This document shows positions 1-11,512 of a stretch of 52,671 bases of DNA, piece by piece. The stretch lies in the NCBI RefSeq assembly GCF_001194135.2, contig NC_068985.1, forward strand, positions 70,330,839 through 70,383,509. The letters run 5' to 3'. This DNA comes from Octopus bimaculoides. Its lineage: Eukaryota. Each line of letters starts with the position of its first letter. Position 1 is the stretch's first letter. A program made the translations under genes and the position numbers. The notes under the pieces were generated by a model. That model saw only the letters and a list, made by a program, of their open reading frames with translations. It was not told the origin of the DNA and did no database searches.

Positions 1-152
1 ACGAGTGGGATACTACATAACTTGTTATAGTACGTCCCTCGGTGCAGATGTATTTTGTCTGGTAACCTTTCAAAAGTTACCTCGTTAAATACACTCTGTT
101 CCGCTTGGTTCGATTATACAGCATGTTGTTATATGCCTGTAGGTAGTTGCCT

Positions 153-153
153 C

Positions 154-184
<31 letters not shown>

Positions 185-260
185 GTGTGCGTGTGTGTAT
201 GTGCGTGTGTGTGCGTGTGTGTGTTCGCGTGTGTGAGTGGCTGTGTGTGAGTAAGTGTGC
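153..260. repeat. (TG)n microsatellite
   Basis: Imperfect TG dinucleotide run; source of the spurious VC/HT ORFs. Confidence 0.95.
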
Positions 261-2355
261 GTGTGCAAATGAGGAGAGATGTCTTTGACCATGTAATTAT
301 GCGCGTGGAGTGGACACATATGAGTGTGTACGCATGCATATCAATTATGAATTTTGCAAGAAGCTATTTCCCTCGTCGTAGGTGAATGTCTGGATGAGAA
401 ATGAAATTACAGCTGCCCAGTGTAGTTCATAAGAATTTGATAAGCTTGGAGTAGTATTGTCAAAAATTATTAACAATATGTCTGTCATTCTGTCCCACTA
501 CAGCAAATATTATACGGAGTGTGTTTACTCTAAAGTCGGCCTTGTTATCTGCGCCTTTCACAATCACTTAAATTAGAAATACATTCATGTAATTGATGAA
601 GATAATTTAAACAAGTATAGATAATAGATGAAATCATCCATTAATATTTTTTATTACACTATATAATAATATGATGGATAATCATGCATTAATGATGACA
701 TTCTCATAAATCTTTTAGATTCCAATTATGTCGTCAGTGTGTAGTTTGTGGCTCCTTTGTGGGCTGATAATCGAGGGGTTACAGAAGCAAATATTACAGT
801 GAGAGATTTACTGTCACTATCATTTATGTGATGTAGGCATCAAAGTAAGGAGGAAAGGTGAAAGACAGAATGAGACAGAGAAAGAGAGAGAAAGACATCT
901 GTATTAATTTGAATTAATGTACATTTACATTTACTTTAATACGTTAATGTACTTAATACGGTAACATATTTAATCTGTTTCAATAGCATAATATTGATGC
1001 TATTAAATGTTGTAGTTTAAGGTCATAACTCTCTGATTTATATCATAAAACTTTATTGCTCTTCACAATTTATGTTAATAAATGTCAGTACTAAAACTGA
1101 GACAAATCTTGTGTCGGCATTTTTTAAAACTTAACACAGGCAGATCTAGCCTGGCATACTAGCAAATACAACGAATGCTATAAGAATCACACTTTGTAGT
1201 ATCAAGCACTTCAAAGAGAAAGCCAGCAGTTTTTAAAAATATTGTTTTCTAAATATATAAACTAATTCAAAAGATCTTATGCGAAACATAATTATGCAAT
1301 TTATCATGAAATATATTTATGCAATTTATCATTCAACATTTAATATCATTACTTTATTTCTCTTCCGTTTTGTAATGCACATAGACTCGTCACTAAAGGG
1401 GTTCAGATGTATATTAGTAATATTTGTCGTTCCTTTTTTGCTTAGAGATAAGACGATATCGCTCAACCTCCTTTTTTAAGTAGAAATAGATTCTCTGAAT
1501 AGTCTCCAATAACACTTCACATACAGCGGCGTAGTCGAGTACAAGAGAATGTAAGCAAGCGAAGAATCGCATCCACTGCTAGGGTTAGGGTTAGGATTAT
1601 TTCGACTTTATCGGAATTAAGAAAACCAAAGTCGAACTTTATGGAAACTTCAGTGTGCAAAGAATAAATGACGCACGGCTTCTGTCTCACACCGTTTCAA
1701 CTAATTCCACTCCGATTAATATACATTTTCTTATAATTTAAATAGCTATTTCATAAGTAGGATAATGGTTGCATACATACGTAGAAGATTTAACTGAGCG
1801 ATTTAGTATCAGTACGTTTGCTATTAATCATTTTATCATCCCTGAACGAAAGAAAAGCAAACACGAGTGTTGTGGGAAATAAATTGAGGCTTTGATACTA
1901 AACACTCAAGATGAATGTTTTGAAGTTGATTATTCCTGATACCTGACAATGTTATCTAAAATAAGGATGTCTGGAAGATAGCCAGAAATTATATTCCATT
2001 ATATTTACAATGTGCTTAACTAGTGTTCCATTTTCTCAACCTAGATGGAGGAAATACAAAGCTGATATCAGTTGTGGAAATTGAAGTAGGTACCTGAAGA
2101 GACGATCATAAATATTACAAAACATTATATTTATATCAGGTATTTGAACGACCCCGACAGCCACAGTGTTTATGTTCCGTATAATACTGTAAAGGTTAAT
2201 ATGATTGCAGCAAATAAAAATCAATCAGTAAAGAAGTGAATTTGCAAAATACATATCTTGTCTACATTTTCACCCAAGTTATTCATTTATTTGGGTGATA
2301 TGCCGAATTTTGTAAAGTAGTAAAATATGTTTAAGAATACAGTTAATCACTAGGT

Positions 2356-2661
2356 GAGGGCACGTGGCTTATCTGTAGCTTAGTGGTTAGGATTATTCGG
2401 CTCGCAATCGTAATATCGTAAGCACGATTCCCGGCGGCGCGTTGTGGTCTTGCTCCAGTCTATTCCGCTGAAGAAAATGAGTAGTACCGGTATTTCAAAA
2501 GGCCAGGTCTGTCACTTTCTGTGTTAGGCTGAATCTCCCTGAGAGCTACATTAAGGGCCCGCGTATTTGCGGAGTTCTCAGCTACTTGCATTAATTTCAC
2601 GAGCAGGCTGCTCTGTTGACGAGATCAAGTGGAACACTCATTGTTGCAACCGATGGAATGC
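2356..2661 (+). mobile_element. tRNA-derived SINE, head A + tail X
   Basis: A-box-like TAGTGGTTAGG and B-box-like CACGATTCCC. The 3' ~170 nt (TTCAAAAGGCCAGG...CCGATGGAATGC) aligns with the 3' half of the 45311-45693 element. Confidence 0.75.
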
Positions 2662-4497
2662 TAGTTAGTTAATTTCTATACAGAAGTTTTTCACCTGCTT
2701 CTAAGTATGAAGAGAAGTTTGGAATCTTGGGGATTAACTTATCCATGGAAATCCAAATGAAAATATAAACACGCTTATAGAAAAATTATTACATGTCAAT
2801 ATAACCGAGGATATCACTTGACGCAAGTTTGATTAGAAAGCACAATTACTTAAGAAAGATCCTAGGTTACATTTCACAACGGGCAGTTTCAAAACAAGAA
2901 CAATAGCTAGATCATGGGACCAAATGTTATCGCAACTTTGAATATCACCTCCTTAAGTATTCTTGATCAGTTTCAAACGAAAATTTATTAGAATCATCAT
3001 CAACTTCATCGTTTCTCTCTTTACACGTTTCTTTCTTTAAGTCATTTAAATGAGAAAGTCAACTTGTAAGACAACAAATGCCGGTTTATCCTGACAACTT
3101 ATACTACATAAAATTCAATTGAGAGTGCAATAATCAATTGGATCTTTATCACAGGTTCCCTTAGCCTCCACATTGAACGAAATTCTTTTAGTATACGTTC
3201 GATTGATTAGAAACCAGTCACTGCTGGTTTCATACTAATGGCATCAGTCTTTTAAGAAGCATTAAAGTAGAGTTATTCTAGGAATAACAGAATCGTTTAC
3301 AAAAACGTCTGGCAAAAAAACATTTCGGGAATGACTTATCAGCCATCAAATAGACCTCTACATAAATTTCAGGCTTGCTAGAAAGAGCAGAACATTTTCC
3401 CTCAAATCACACTGGAATCACTTAAATGAGAAAAAGTCACATTAGAGAACAGAAATATCCACAGCCTTATAATGACTACTCCCGTTTGAAATGCCTTTGT
3501 TGATAGGTTTGCCAAAATAGAGCTGACAAGGGACTAAGAAACTCCATTTACAACACCATCAATAGCAACAGCAACAACAATAAGAACCACAGATACGGGT
3601 TATTACTTATAGACTCCATTCATCCTTGTTCTGCTGACACCCAAATTTCCTGTCAATTCCGTTGCAGCATCTCTCTAAATATATCAAGTTTAATTTGCTT
3701 CAGTGTATCTTCTTACACGACACACTCTTTTTGTTTAAATTGTGAACATGATCGCTGATAGCTTTAACTATTCACGCTCCAGTTAAGATGCAATATCACC
3801 TTAGTCGTAACCCTCCAAACAAGCATCATATCTGCATGCAACCTAAATATTTACCCTATTGAGTGCTTACCTCCTATGAATAGAATATTGGAGATCATTA
3901 ATGTATCAAACAAAACGGAGTGAATGAACAAACAACACATACTACACAGAATCACTATACATGTCAATATAGCACAGATATAACTACAGGATATTTTTGG
4001 CACATGAAGGCCTAATACTACCTACAAACACTAGACCTGGCAATTATCGAAAACAGGGCAACGGACATCAAATTTATAAATACAATGCTAAATCATATCA
4101 TTAGACGAAGCTAGATTTTTTTATATACATAGCACACATAAAACTGGTTGTTGGGGAAGGAATTGTTTCTTTAGGAAAGGAAGAGACACCCATTTTCAAC
4201 AGTTGCATACAATTCCTAAGAACATTGTTCATTTTATTATTGTTCAAGAATATAAAATCAGCGGCTAGCAGTGTGTCTTTTACCTTGGGTTTCAGGAACC
4301 ACAAGTATTTATCCTGCAACCATTCAGCGCAAACATTACAAGTGGAAGGATAGAGAGTTGAATTATTAGTGCTTCTAAAAACCAGAGTTTTAATTCATTC
4401 CTGCAAGTTTAAGCTGAAGTAATTAATTATATACTCAATGTTACTCAGCCATTTGGCATTATTTCTTCCGTTCCTTTCTAGTGAAATATATATATAT

Positions 4498-4675
4498 NNN
4501 NNNNNNNNNNNNNNNNNNNNNNNNNNNNNNNNNNNNNNNNNNNNNNNNNNNNNNNNNNNNNNNNNNNNNNNNNNNNNNNNNNNNNNNNNNNNNNNNNNNN
4601 NNNNNNNNNNNNNNNNNNNNNNNNNNNNNNNNNNNNNNNNNNNNNNNNNNNNNNNNNNNNNNNNNNNNNNNNNNN
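4498..4675. other. Assembly gap (first of 12). Others: 18248-19105, 20522-20747, 22696-22945, 23610-24090, 25167-25612, 28523-29027, 39158-39459, 39967-40500, 41341-41350, 49789-49988, 50509-51398
   Basis: Runs of N, almost all bordered by (TA)n, (CA)n or (GAG)n repeats. Confidence 0.98.
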
Positions 4676-4849
4676 TAAGTAAAGAAAGACAGAAAGATGA
4701 ATAGATAGGAAGATAGATACGAACGTGACGTATATATACATACATTCCCACACATGTGCACATACAGGATATATATATGCATATATGTGTGTGTGTATGT
4801 GTGCGCGCGCGCATGTGCGTGTGTGCGTGTAAAAACTCAGATTAGATAT

Positions 4850-5120
4850 GTCTCGACCAAAGATTGGTCCAGGCCATGTCTAACTTAATAGCACCACCTG
4901 ATAGGATTATCTAAATCCTTTTTACGGTCAAGTTTTGTTTATGGTCCATTCAAGTAGTGAGTTCTTATTGACTGATTAGTATCCAGGTATGGGTGGCTTG
5001 TCTGGTATTCTTTGAAGAAAACTGTCTAGACTCCGTTTAAAGCTTATAGGATCCTTTTCTTCTTTTATCTGTTTCGGGACAATGTTAAACAATGTAAGCC
5101 CACTTAATTTTAACCTCGCC
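4850..5120 (-). mobile_element. 3' fragment of a CR1-group LINE (ORF2 C-terminus)
   Basis: Minus-strand translation GLTLFNIVPKQIKEEKDPISFKRSLDSFLQRIPDKPPIPGY*SVNKNSLLEW resembles the CR1 C-terminal pattern G..LFN.LP..I......FK..LD.FL..IPD.P..PGY. One in-frame stop. Confidence 0.7.
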
Positions 5121-5410
5121 TATAGATACATTCACACGCACACGCCTCCCACATAAACACTCACACACACACCATTCTTACTTATACACACATGCTTGCA
5201 TCGGTCATTTCATCCTTTTGAACCGTTATTCACTCCACATTCTTTTCTCTCTCCGTTTTTTCTCGTTCGCTCTGCATTTTGTTCCTCTCAGCCCTTTCCG
5301 TCGAACAGCGTCGGCTCCAACCGTCAAAGACATTTCTTATCTTCCTGAGCGTCAAGTTAATACACCTACGTGTTGTAACCTCACCAGACTTCGTTTTCTA
5401 TAAATCTGAA

Positions 5411-5470
5411 CGGTGGTGCACCAGCATGACCGCAGCCACTTGGCTAAAACACATAAATAAATAAATATAA
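5411..5470 (+). mobile_element. Isolated 3' tail of the retroposon family seen at 7286, 16929 and 44631
   Basis: GGTGCACCAGCATGACCGCAGCC...GGCTAAAACA plus an A-rich tail resembles GATGCTCCAGCATGGCCGCAGTC...TGAAAC at ~17256-17290. Confidence 0.55.
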
Positions 5471-5478
5471 AATGGGAG

Positions 5479-6072
5479 GCTAACTCGCAATTTTACAGCC
5501 TAAAGGCAGACATATGTACGTCAGTAAAGTGAACAAAGGACACTAATCATCACTAGTATTGCTAGAAATAAGAGTCAAAACAACTCAATATTCAAAGAAG
5601 CACTATCTTGATGAACTGACAAGGGGGACAAACTCTGTACCGTCGCAAATACAGCCCGATTATCGATGCTTCTGTAGTTAAATTTTTTTCTGTAGTTAAG
5701 TTCTTTGTTCACTTTAGTGACGCATATATTTCTGCATTTAGGTTGTAAAATTGGGAATAGCTACCCATATCATTTATAATTTTCACTTTAACCTTTTATG
5801 AAATCAGCGTATGATTTCAAAGGATATCTTATAAGTTGACAAAGCATGATGGGTTTAATCCTAGGGAAGGTTAGAGCCACCGATGAGTATTAAGAAGGGT
5901 TTAGCATCAAAATGCAAAATCACCGATGATCTGGCTTTATCTGCGTCAGCTCATTAAGATAGTACATTTTGTAGCTATTGAGTTGTGTTGACTGTTATTT
6001 CTAGCAATAGTGGTGCTCATTAGTGCCCTATGTTCACTTTAGTGACGTATGTATTTCTGCCTTTAGGTTTTA
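5479..6072. repeat. Fold-back/MITE-like element with long imperfect inverted arms
   Basis: ~5491-5590 is the reverse complement of 5976-6072 (about 85% by eye). 5703-5761 is a third, partial copy inverted relative to 5479-5540. Confidence 0.75.
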
Positions 6073-6074
6073 TA

Positions 6075-6232
6075 TGTGTGTGCGTGTGTGTGTGTGTCTT
6101 TGTGTGTCTGTGTGTCTGTGTGTGTGTGTATTTGTGTGTGTCTCAGTCTGTCTGTGCCTGTATGTGTCTTTGTGTGTGTGTGTGTGTGTGTGCGTGTGTG
6201 TGTGTGTATGTGTGTGTGTGTGTGTGTGTGTA
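6075..6232. repeat. (TG)n microsatellite (a second block at ~6578-6670)
   Basis: Direct reading. Confidence 0.95.
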
Positions 6233-6248
6233 CATAAATATAGATTTG

Positions 6249-6378
6249 CTTTTCGTAATGAGATAAAAAGAACCAACGCTGTGTAGATTTTAGAACAATT
6301 ATAGATAGAAGATCCTTCTATTTATAAAGGTTCTAAAATATACACAGTCTTGTTTTTTTTTTATCTCATTACGAAAAG
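6249..6378. repeat. 130-bp near-perfect palindrome (hairpin)
   Basis: 6249-6311 vs reverse complement of 6315-6378: 8 mismatches and 1 gap over 64 nt, with a 3-nt loop ATC. Confidence 0.9.
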
Positions 6379-6618
6379 TAATTTTTTATATACACACGCT
6401 GATATATGACCTACGTTGGACCCCTTATTCGCATAATCACCGAACCTGGAGCTTAACTATGGTCTATCCATAGCGTTTACTCAGCATTACCTGACACCTC
6501 TGGGTCTCATTGACACCACAACCGTTCATAACCTTCATATACATATATATATTTATATTTATATATGTGAGTTGTGTTGTGTGTGTGTGGGTGTGTATGT
6601 GTGTGTATGTGTGTGTGT

Positions 6619-6672
<54 letters not shown>

Positions 6673-7285
6673 TTGTTTATGTGTAGACTAATGTATACAT
6701 TTTTTGATTAACAGAACAAATTACATCTTCAGTTAGAATGTTGAGAAGATACACAGTATTCCTCTCGCACCTGTATTTATAGCATGCAAACCAGAGTGAA
6801 TCAGTGTGATACAGAATGTAATGTTGAATCCGTTCTTTTAGAATCTATATTATCAAAGCAATGATGTTTCTCGTGTGTTTAGCTTGCATCGTAATACTTA
6901 GCTTGTATATGTTCGTTCTTGTCTGCAAATATACGGATGTTTGGAGGATTAGTTAAAGGATTTTAATATACTTATCAAATATGTTTTAGAAAGAATTCTA
7001 GAAATATTGCTGCTTTTATCAGATAATTCAGGTCAGGTACGAAGAGTTTAATATTTTTTATTTGTGGGAGGAACTTTAGCGATTGAAATACGTTCATGTT
7101 TGCAGATGTCATGGTAATCCTTTTCTCGTAGAGAAATAACATCTAACGCTCATCCGAGATTGCCCCTTCCATCATATCGATAAGACTTATTGGTATAAAG
7201 GTTTCTGGGTGTTATATATATATATTTGTTTATTTCTCAAGAAATAGAGGGTATCTACTTATTCTCACACATCATAGTGTGAGTA

Positions 7286-7682
7286 TACTACTCTTTACTC
7301 TTTTACTACTCTTTACTCTTTTACTACTCTTTACTCACTCTTTACTCTTTTACTTGTTTCAGTCATTTGACTGTGGCCATGCTGGGGCACCGCATCTAGT
7401 CGAGCAAATCGACCCCAGGACTTATTCTTTGTATGCCTAGTACTTATTCTATCAGTCTCTTTTGCCGAACCGCTAAGTTACGGGGACGTAAACACACCAG
7501 CATCGGTTGTCAAGTGATGTTAGGAGGACAAACAGTTTCTATCTACCAAAAACACTCACAACACTTTGGTCGGCCCGAGGATATAGTAGAAGACACTTGC
7601 CCAAGGTGCCACGCAGTGGGAATGAACCTGGAACAACGTGGTTGGTAAGCAGGCTACTTACCACACAACCACTCCTGCGCCT
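7286..7682 (-). mobile_element. tRNA-derived SINE, head D with CORE-like motif, tandem-repeat tail
   Basis: Minus strand reads AGGCGCAGGAGTGGTTGTGTGGTAAG...CCAGGTTCATTCCCACTGCGTGGCACCTTGGGCAAGTGTC. The tail (~7286-7353) is an expanded ~18-bp TACTACTCTTTACTCTTT unit. Homologous to the copies at 16929, 18043, 30140 and 44631. Confidence 0.85.
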
Positions 7683-7841
7683 ACTATACTACTATATAAA
7701 TTAGCAGGATAGAGCAGTGATAATACGCTGAAGAGCACATAAGCCTACAGCAAACAAACAATGTTGTATACCCACCAATTGTGCATGGAGCAACTTCAGC
7801 CTGGGAAAGTGTGATTGCAACTATACGGAAAAAACTGTATT

Positions 7842-8020
<179 letters not shown>

Positions 8021-8415
8021 AGAAAGAGAAAAAACAATTTGTATATCTTTCTTAATGTGGACATACTAAAGAAAAACAGAATACTGCGGTATTCATCTTC
8101 ACAAAGCATCTTCTGTAAACGTATAACCGATACTGCTATGAGGCAAAGAAGAATTATTAACTGTGGTGAAATTGCTACTGACATTATTGTCTTATTTAGC
8201 ACTATACGTCAATAAGAGATGCTTTCTCAAAACGAGTATCGTAGTATTGCGGCTTTCTTACAGTATATCCACCTTAAGTAAGATATACACTTTGCTTCTC
8301 TGAAGCAATACTGCTTCAGTTCCTAATAACGAAAAGGTTCGTACATATAAGTATGCGTGCGTGCGTGCGTGCACAGAGAGAGAGAGAGCGCGATGAATAA
8401 AGGAAGGGGAGGGAC

Positions 8416-8495
8416 AGACAGACGAACAGACAGACAGTCAGACAGACGGACAGACAGACAGACAGACAGATTGACAGACAGGCAGATAGATAGAT
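8416..8495. repeat. (GACA)n/(GATA)n tetranucleotide array abutting the Tx1 3' end
   Basis: Direct reading. Confidence 0.9.
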
Positions 8496-8496
8496 A

Positions 8497-10685
8497 ACTT
8501 TCTTTATTGGCCACACAGGGCTGAACATAGAGAGGACAAATACAATGTAGAGCTTTTTCTTCTAGTGGGGGTGGCGAAAACAAACAAAAGTAAAATAAAT
8601 AAAAATAGGGACAACGATCAAAAGGGATCGAAATCGTATGGGATATACAAAAGTCGAAATAATACAACAAGTTCCTAAAGTGAGGAGGTTTATCCGAGGA
8701 AAGAAAAACCTACGAAAAGACCACGGTAACCTCGGCCAATGATGTCACACAATAACACATTTACAAGTAGGTAACTCTGGTTTTTTCTTTGCTTTTTCTA
8801 GTTCATAGGAATATGGTCAAGGTGGCTCCGTCATTCACACATGCCATCCTTGCTACATTCACCCATCTTTTGTTGAAGCATTCGTTATAGACAAAACTTC
8901 CCCCTCTACTATTACCTTCCTTTTCAAGTGATACTTGAAGAAGTTGGTGTGAGATTGACCAGAGAGGAAAGTGTGTGTCTCTAGTCTTTTCAGACGCGTC
9001 CACCAGAACATTCTTTCACCGTAGCCACAAGTACGATGAAAATGGCTCTTCCTTCCCGTTTGAAGGAAGGAGACGAGACAATATTGATGATAGACTCGGC
9101 TGATAAACCGACTCGTCCCACACGTGACAGCAGTCGTTCGACATAAGCCCACTTGTCGGAAATAGTTGGACACTGCAGGAGTGCATGCAGATCGGTTTCG
9201 TCGCTCTGTAGGACTTATCCCGAACAGGTAGCGCTTTTTGATAGCACTGCCAGGCCAGGGATCTCTGGAAGTTGTCCATAGGTCTCGGCCCGAAAGTCCT
9301 CTTGAACAGGTGGATCAGGAGTTCCTCGTCAACACCCAGGATCGCCCCGAGATCGTTGTCGTACTTCCCCTCCAGTAATCCCCTATAGAATGCTTTGGAT
9401 GTGATACAGTCGCTCAAGGTCGACCCGAAACGGCATAGTTGCTCGAGAGCAATGTGACACTCGTGGTGTCATTCGCCCTTCCTCGACCTCTTCTTGATCC
9501 ACGACTGCAGTTCGGGCATGGAGATGAGCTGCGGGAAAGCGCACTGCACAAACGGCGACAACATCTGTCCACCGTCGTCTACGTAGAGCTGGAGATGTCG
9601 CAGTCTCAGTGCATATCTGCGCTTCATCAACCACGGCATGCCCAGCCTTTCTTTTAGCGGGTGTTGGTAGCAAACGAATCACCTGACCGTCGGAGCGCTT
9701 CCTTTCCACAAGAAGCGGAAGAAGATACGTTCCAGTTTGGTGATGGTAGGATCGGAACAAGGCACGACGGTCAGGCGGTAGTAGATGACAGACGCGATGT
9801 ACACGTTCGCCACCTCCACCCGACCTTTTAGGGACAGCTTCTTCTCGGCCCATTGCCGAGAGAGAGGGGACATCCTACTCGTTATCTCGTCCCAGTTCTT
9901 CTCCGTTTCGAGGTTCAGACCAAACCAGACCCCGACAACCTCATCGGACCGTCGGTCCAGCATCTCACTACGGAGGCGCTGCTAGACGGCATAAGCTTGC
10001 TTCTCCAGGTGCCGAGCTGCAAGCCCACTGACTTTTCACGGTTGATTTTTGCCCCCGTTGCCGCTTCGTAGTCTTTCAATGTCCCGCCGACCAGGTCCAT
10101 GTACCCGCGACTAGATTCTATGATGGTGACGTTGTTCGCGTATGTGGACCCGCTCGTCCTGCACCCAAGTTCTCGCGGGAAGCCTCTCAGCGTCGCCAGC
10201 TTCCGCAGAAGTGGCTCGAGAATCAATACGTACAGAAGTGACGAGAGAGGGCATCCCTGACGGAACGAACGTGAATTACTGAACGGATGCCTCTGTAGAA
10301 GGCAGCCATCTAGCCACTGAAGACAGGACCGAAACCGGCTGCTATGAAGACAGCCTCCAATTGTCGATGATCTACCCTATCGAATGCTTTGGATTGATCT
10401 AAATTGATCAGGGCCCCACCCACGTCAGGTTCCTTAACTACCCTGTCTATGATGTAGCGTATCAGATGGAGGTTGTCGTGGATGCTCCGTCCCGGAACGG
10501 CGCACGTTTGCGCTTTGTTGACTAGTTTCTCGATGACAAGCGCCAACCTATTGGCTAACACCTAGTCCAAAATTTTCAAATCTGCATTGATCAGTGATAA
10601 GCCTAAAGTTATCTATTACGTCCCCCTTGTTTGGATCTATCTTTAGCAGCGTTCCGGCTCCTCGGCTCACAAAACCGGGGATGCT
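8497..10685 (-). mobile_element. 5'-truncated non-LTR retrotransposon, L1/Tx1 clade (ORF2 RT to C-terminus plus 3' UTR), inactivated
   Basis: Minus-strand motifs across frameshifts: TLLKIDPNKGDVIDNFR, LANRLALVIEKLV, PGRSIHDNLHLIR, LINLDQSKAFDRVDH, SVRQGCPLS, YANNVT (decayed YADD), AKINREKS, HALLQC (CxxC half of the Zn knuckle deleted). ORF2 stop at ~8803; AATAAA at 8503-8508. Confidence 0.92.
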
Positions 10686-10689
10686 CCAG

Positions 10690-10860
10690 TTTTGCTGGTG
10701 GTGGTGGAGGTGGCGGTGGTGTCAGTTGTAGCAGTTGAAGTTGAAGTAGTGGTGTTGGTGTTGGTGGTACTGTCTTCGGTGGAGGTCATGGTGGACGGCT
10801 TTGCGATGATATTGTTTTTGTTGGTGGTGATGTTGGTGTTGGTGGTAGTACTGGGATTCA
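10690..10860. repeat. (GGT/GTT)-rich low-complexity tract
   Basis: Direct reading; would encode poly-Thr on the minus strand. Confidence 0.8.
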
Positions 10861-11242
10861 TGTTTACGTCTGTATTCGTTCTTTTTAAATTTATCTCCAC
10901 CGTCCTCCTTTCATCAACATGTGGTAGAGAGAGGGTAGGAAAGTTGATGTCAAACGTGTCTCCAAGGAGACTGGCATTTGTCATTATACAAAAACTGTCT
11001 TCATGGCTTGAAGACGCCATCCTCCAATGAAAATGGCTAAGCAAGCCGAAAACAAATTCACAAAACTAGGAAATATGCCACAGAGGGCAAGTTTCCATGC
11101 TGAAACAATTTGCAAGATCGAAAGCATCAGTTGTTGCACAACTTTTACATAAAAATATATTATACAAGACACACTTTTGAAAGCCAAACAAAAAAACAAA
11201 TGCGAACTTACTCGGAATCGATTTGACTATCAACTGTCCATA

Positions 11243-11300
11243 AGATAGAGAGACAGACAAATAGATAGATAGATAGATTGATAGATAGATAGATAGATAG
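11243..11300. repeat. (GATA)n array
   Basis: Direct reading. Confidence 0.95.
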
Positions 11301-11512
11301 TATTTTTTATTGCATAAAAACCGACTTATTAAAATTGACAAAAATAAACGAATATTTATTTGTAAATTTTCTTAAGAAAAAAATTAAAGAACGGAAATAC
11401 ATCAATTGCTTTCCATTTTGTAGCAAACTTTGAAAAGAAGAAATTGCCTATTTTCGAAATTGATAGCTTAATGTCATTAATGATTGTGTTGAGAAATTTC
11501 TTTCTTTGAGTA
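11301..11512 (-). mobile_element. Possible short 3' end of a second, AT-rich LINE
   Basis: Minus strand reads ...IINDIKLSISKIGNFFFSKFATKWK..., then GCAATAAAAAATAC immediately followed by (TATC)n, the same end architecture as the Tx1 copy. Protein similarity is weak. Confidence 0.35.

Noticed and set aside
1580-1595. TAGGGTTAGGGTTAGG telomere-like repeat
   Set aside because: Fewer than three units; expected by chance or slippage.
1600-1890. Very old head-C SINE remnants here (minus) and at ~33800-33990 (plus)
   Set aside because: Similarity is patchy and the boundaries cannot be defined, so they are not listed as features.
3620-3860. Possible RTE-like LINE C-terminal relic on the minus strand (RDAATEL...DEW)
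   Set aside because: Needs several frameshifts; too degenerate to support.
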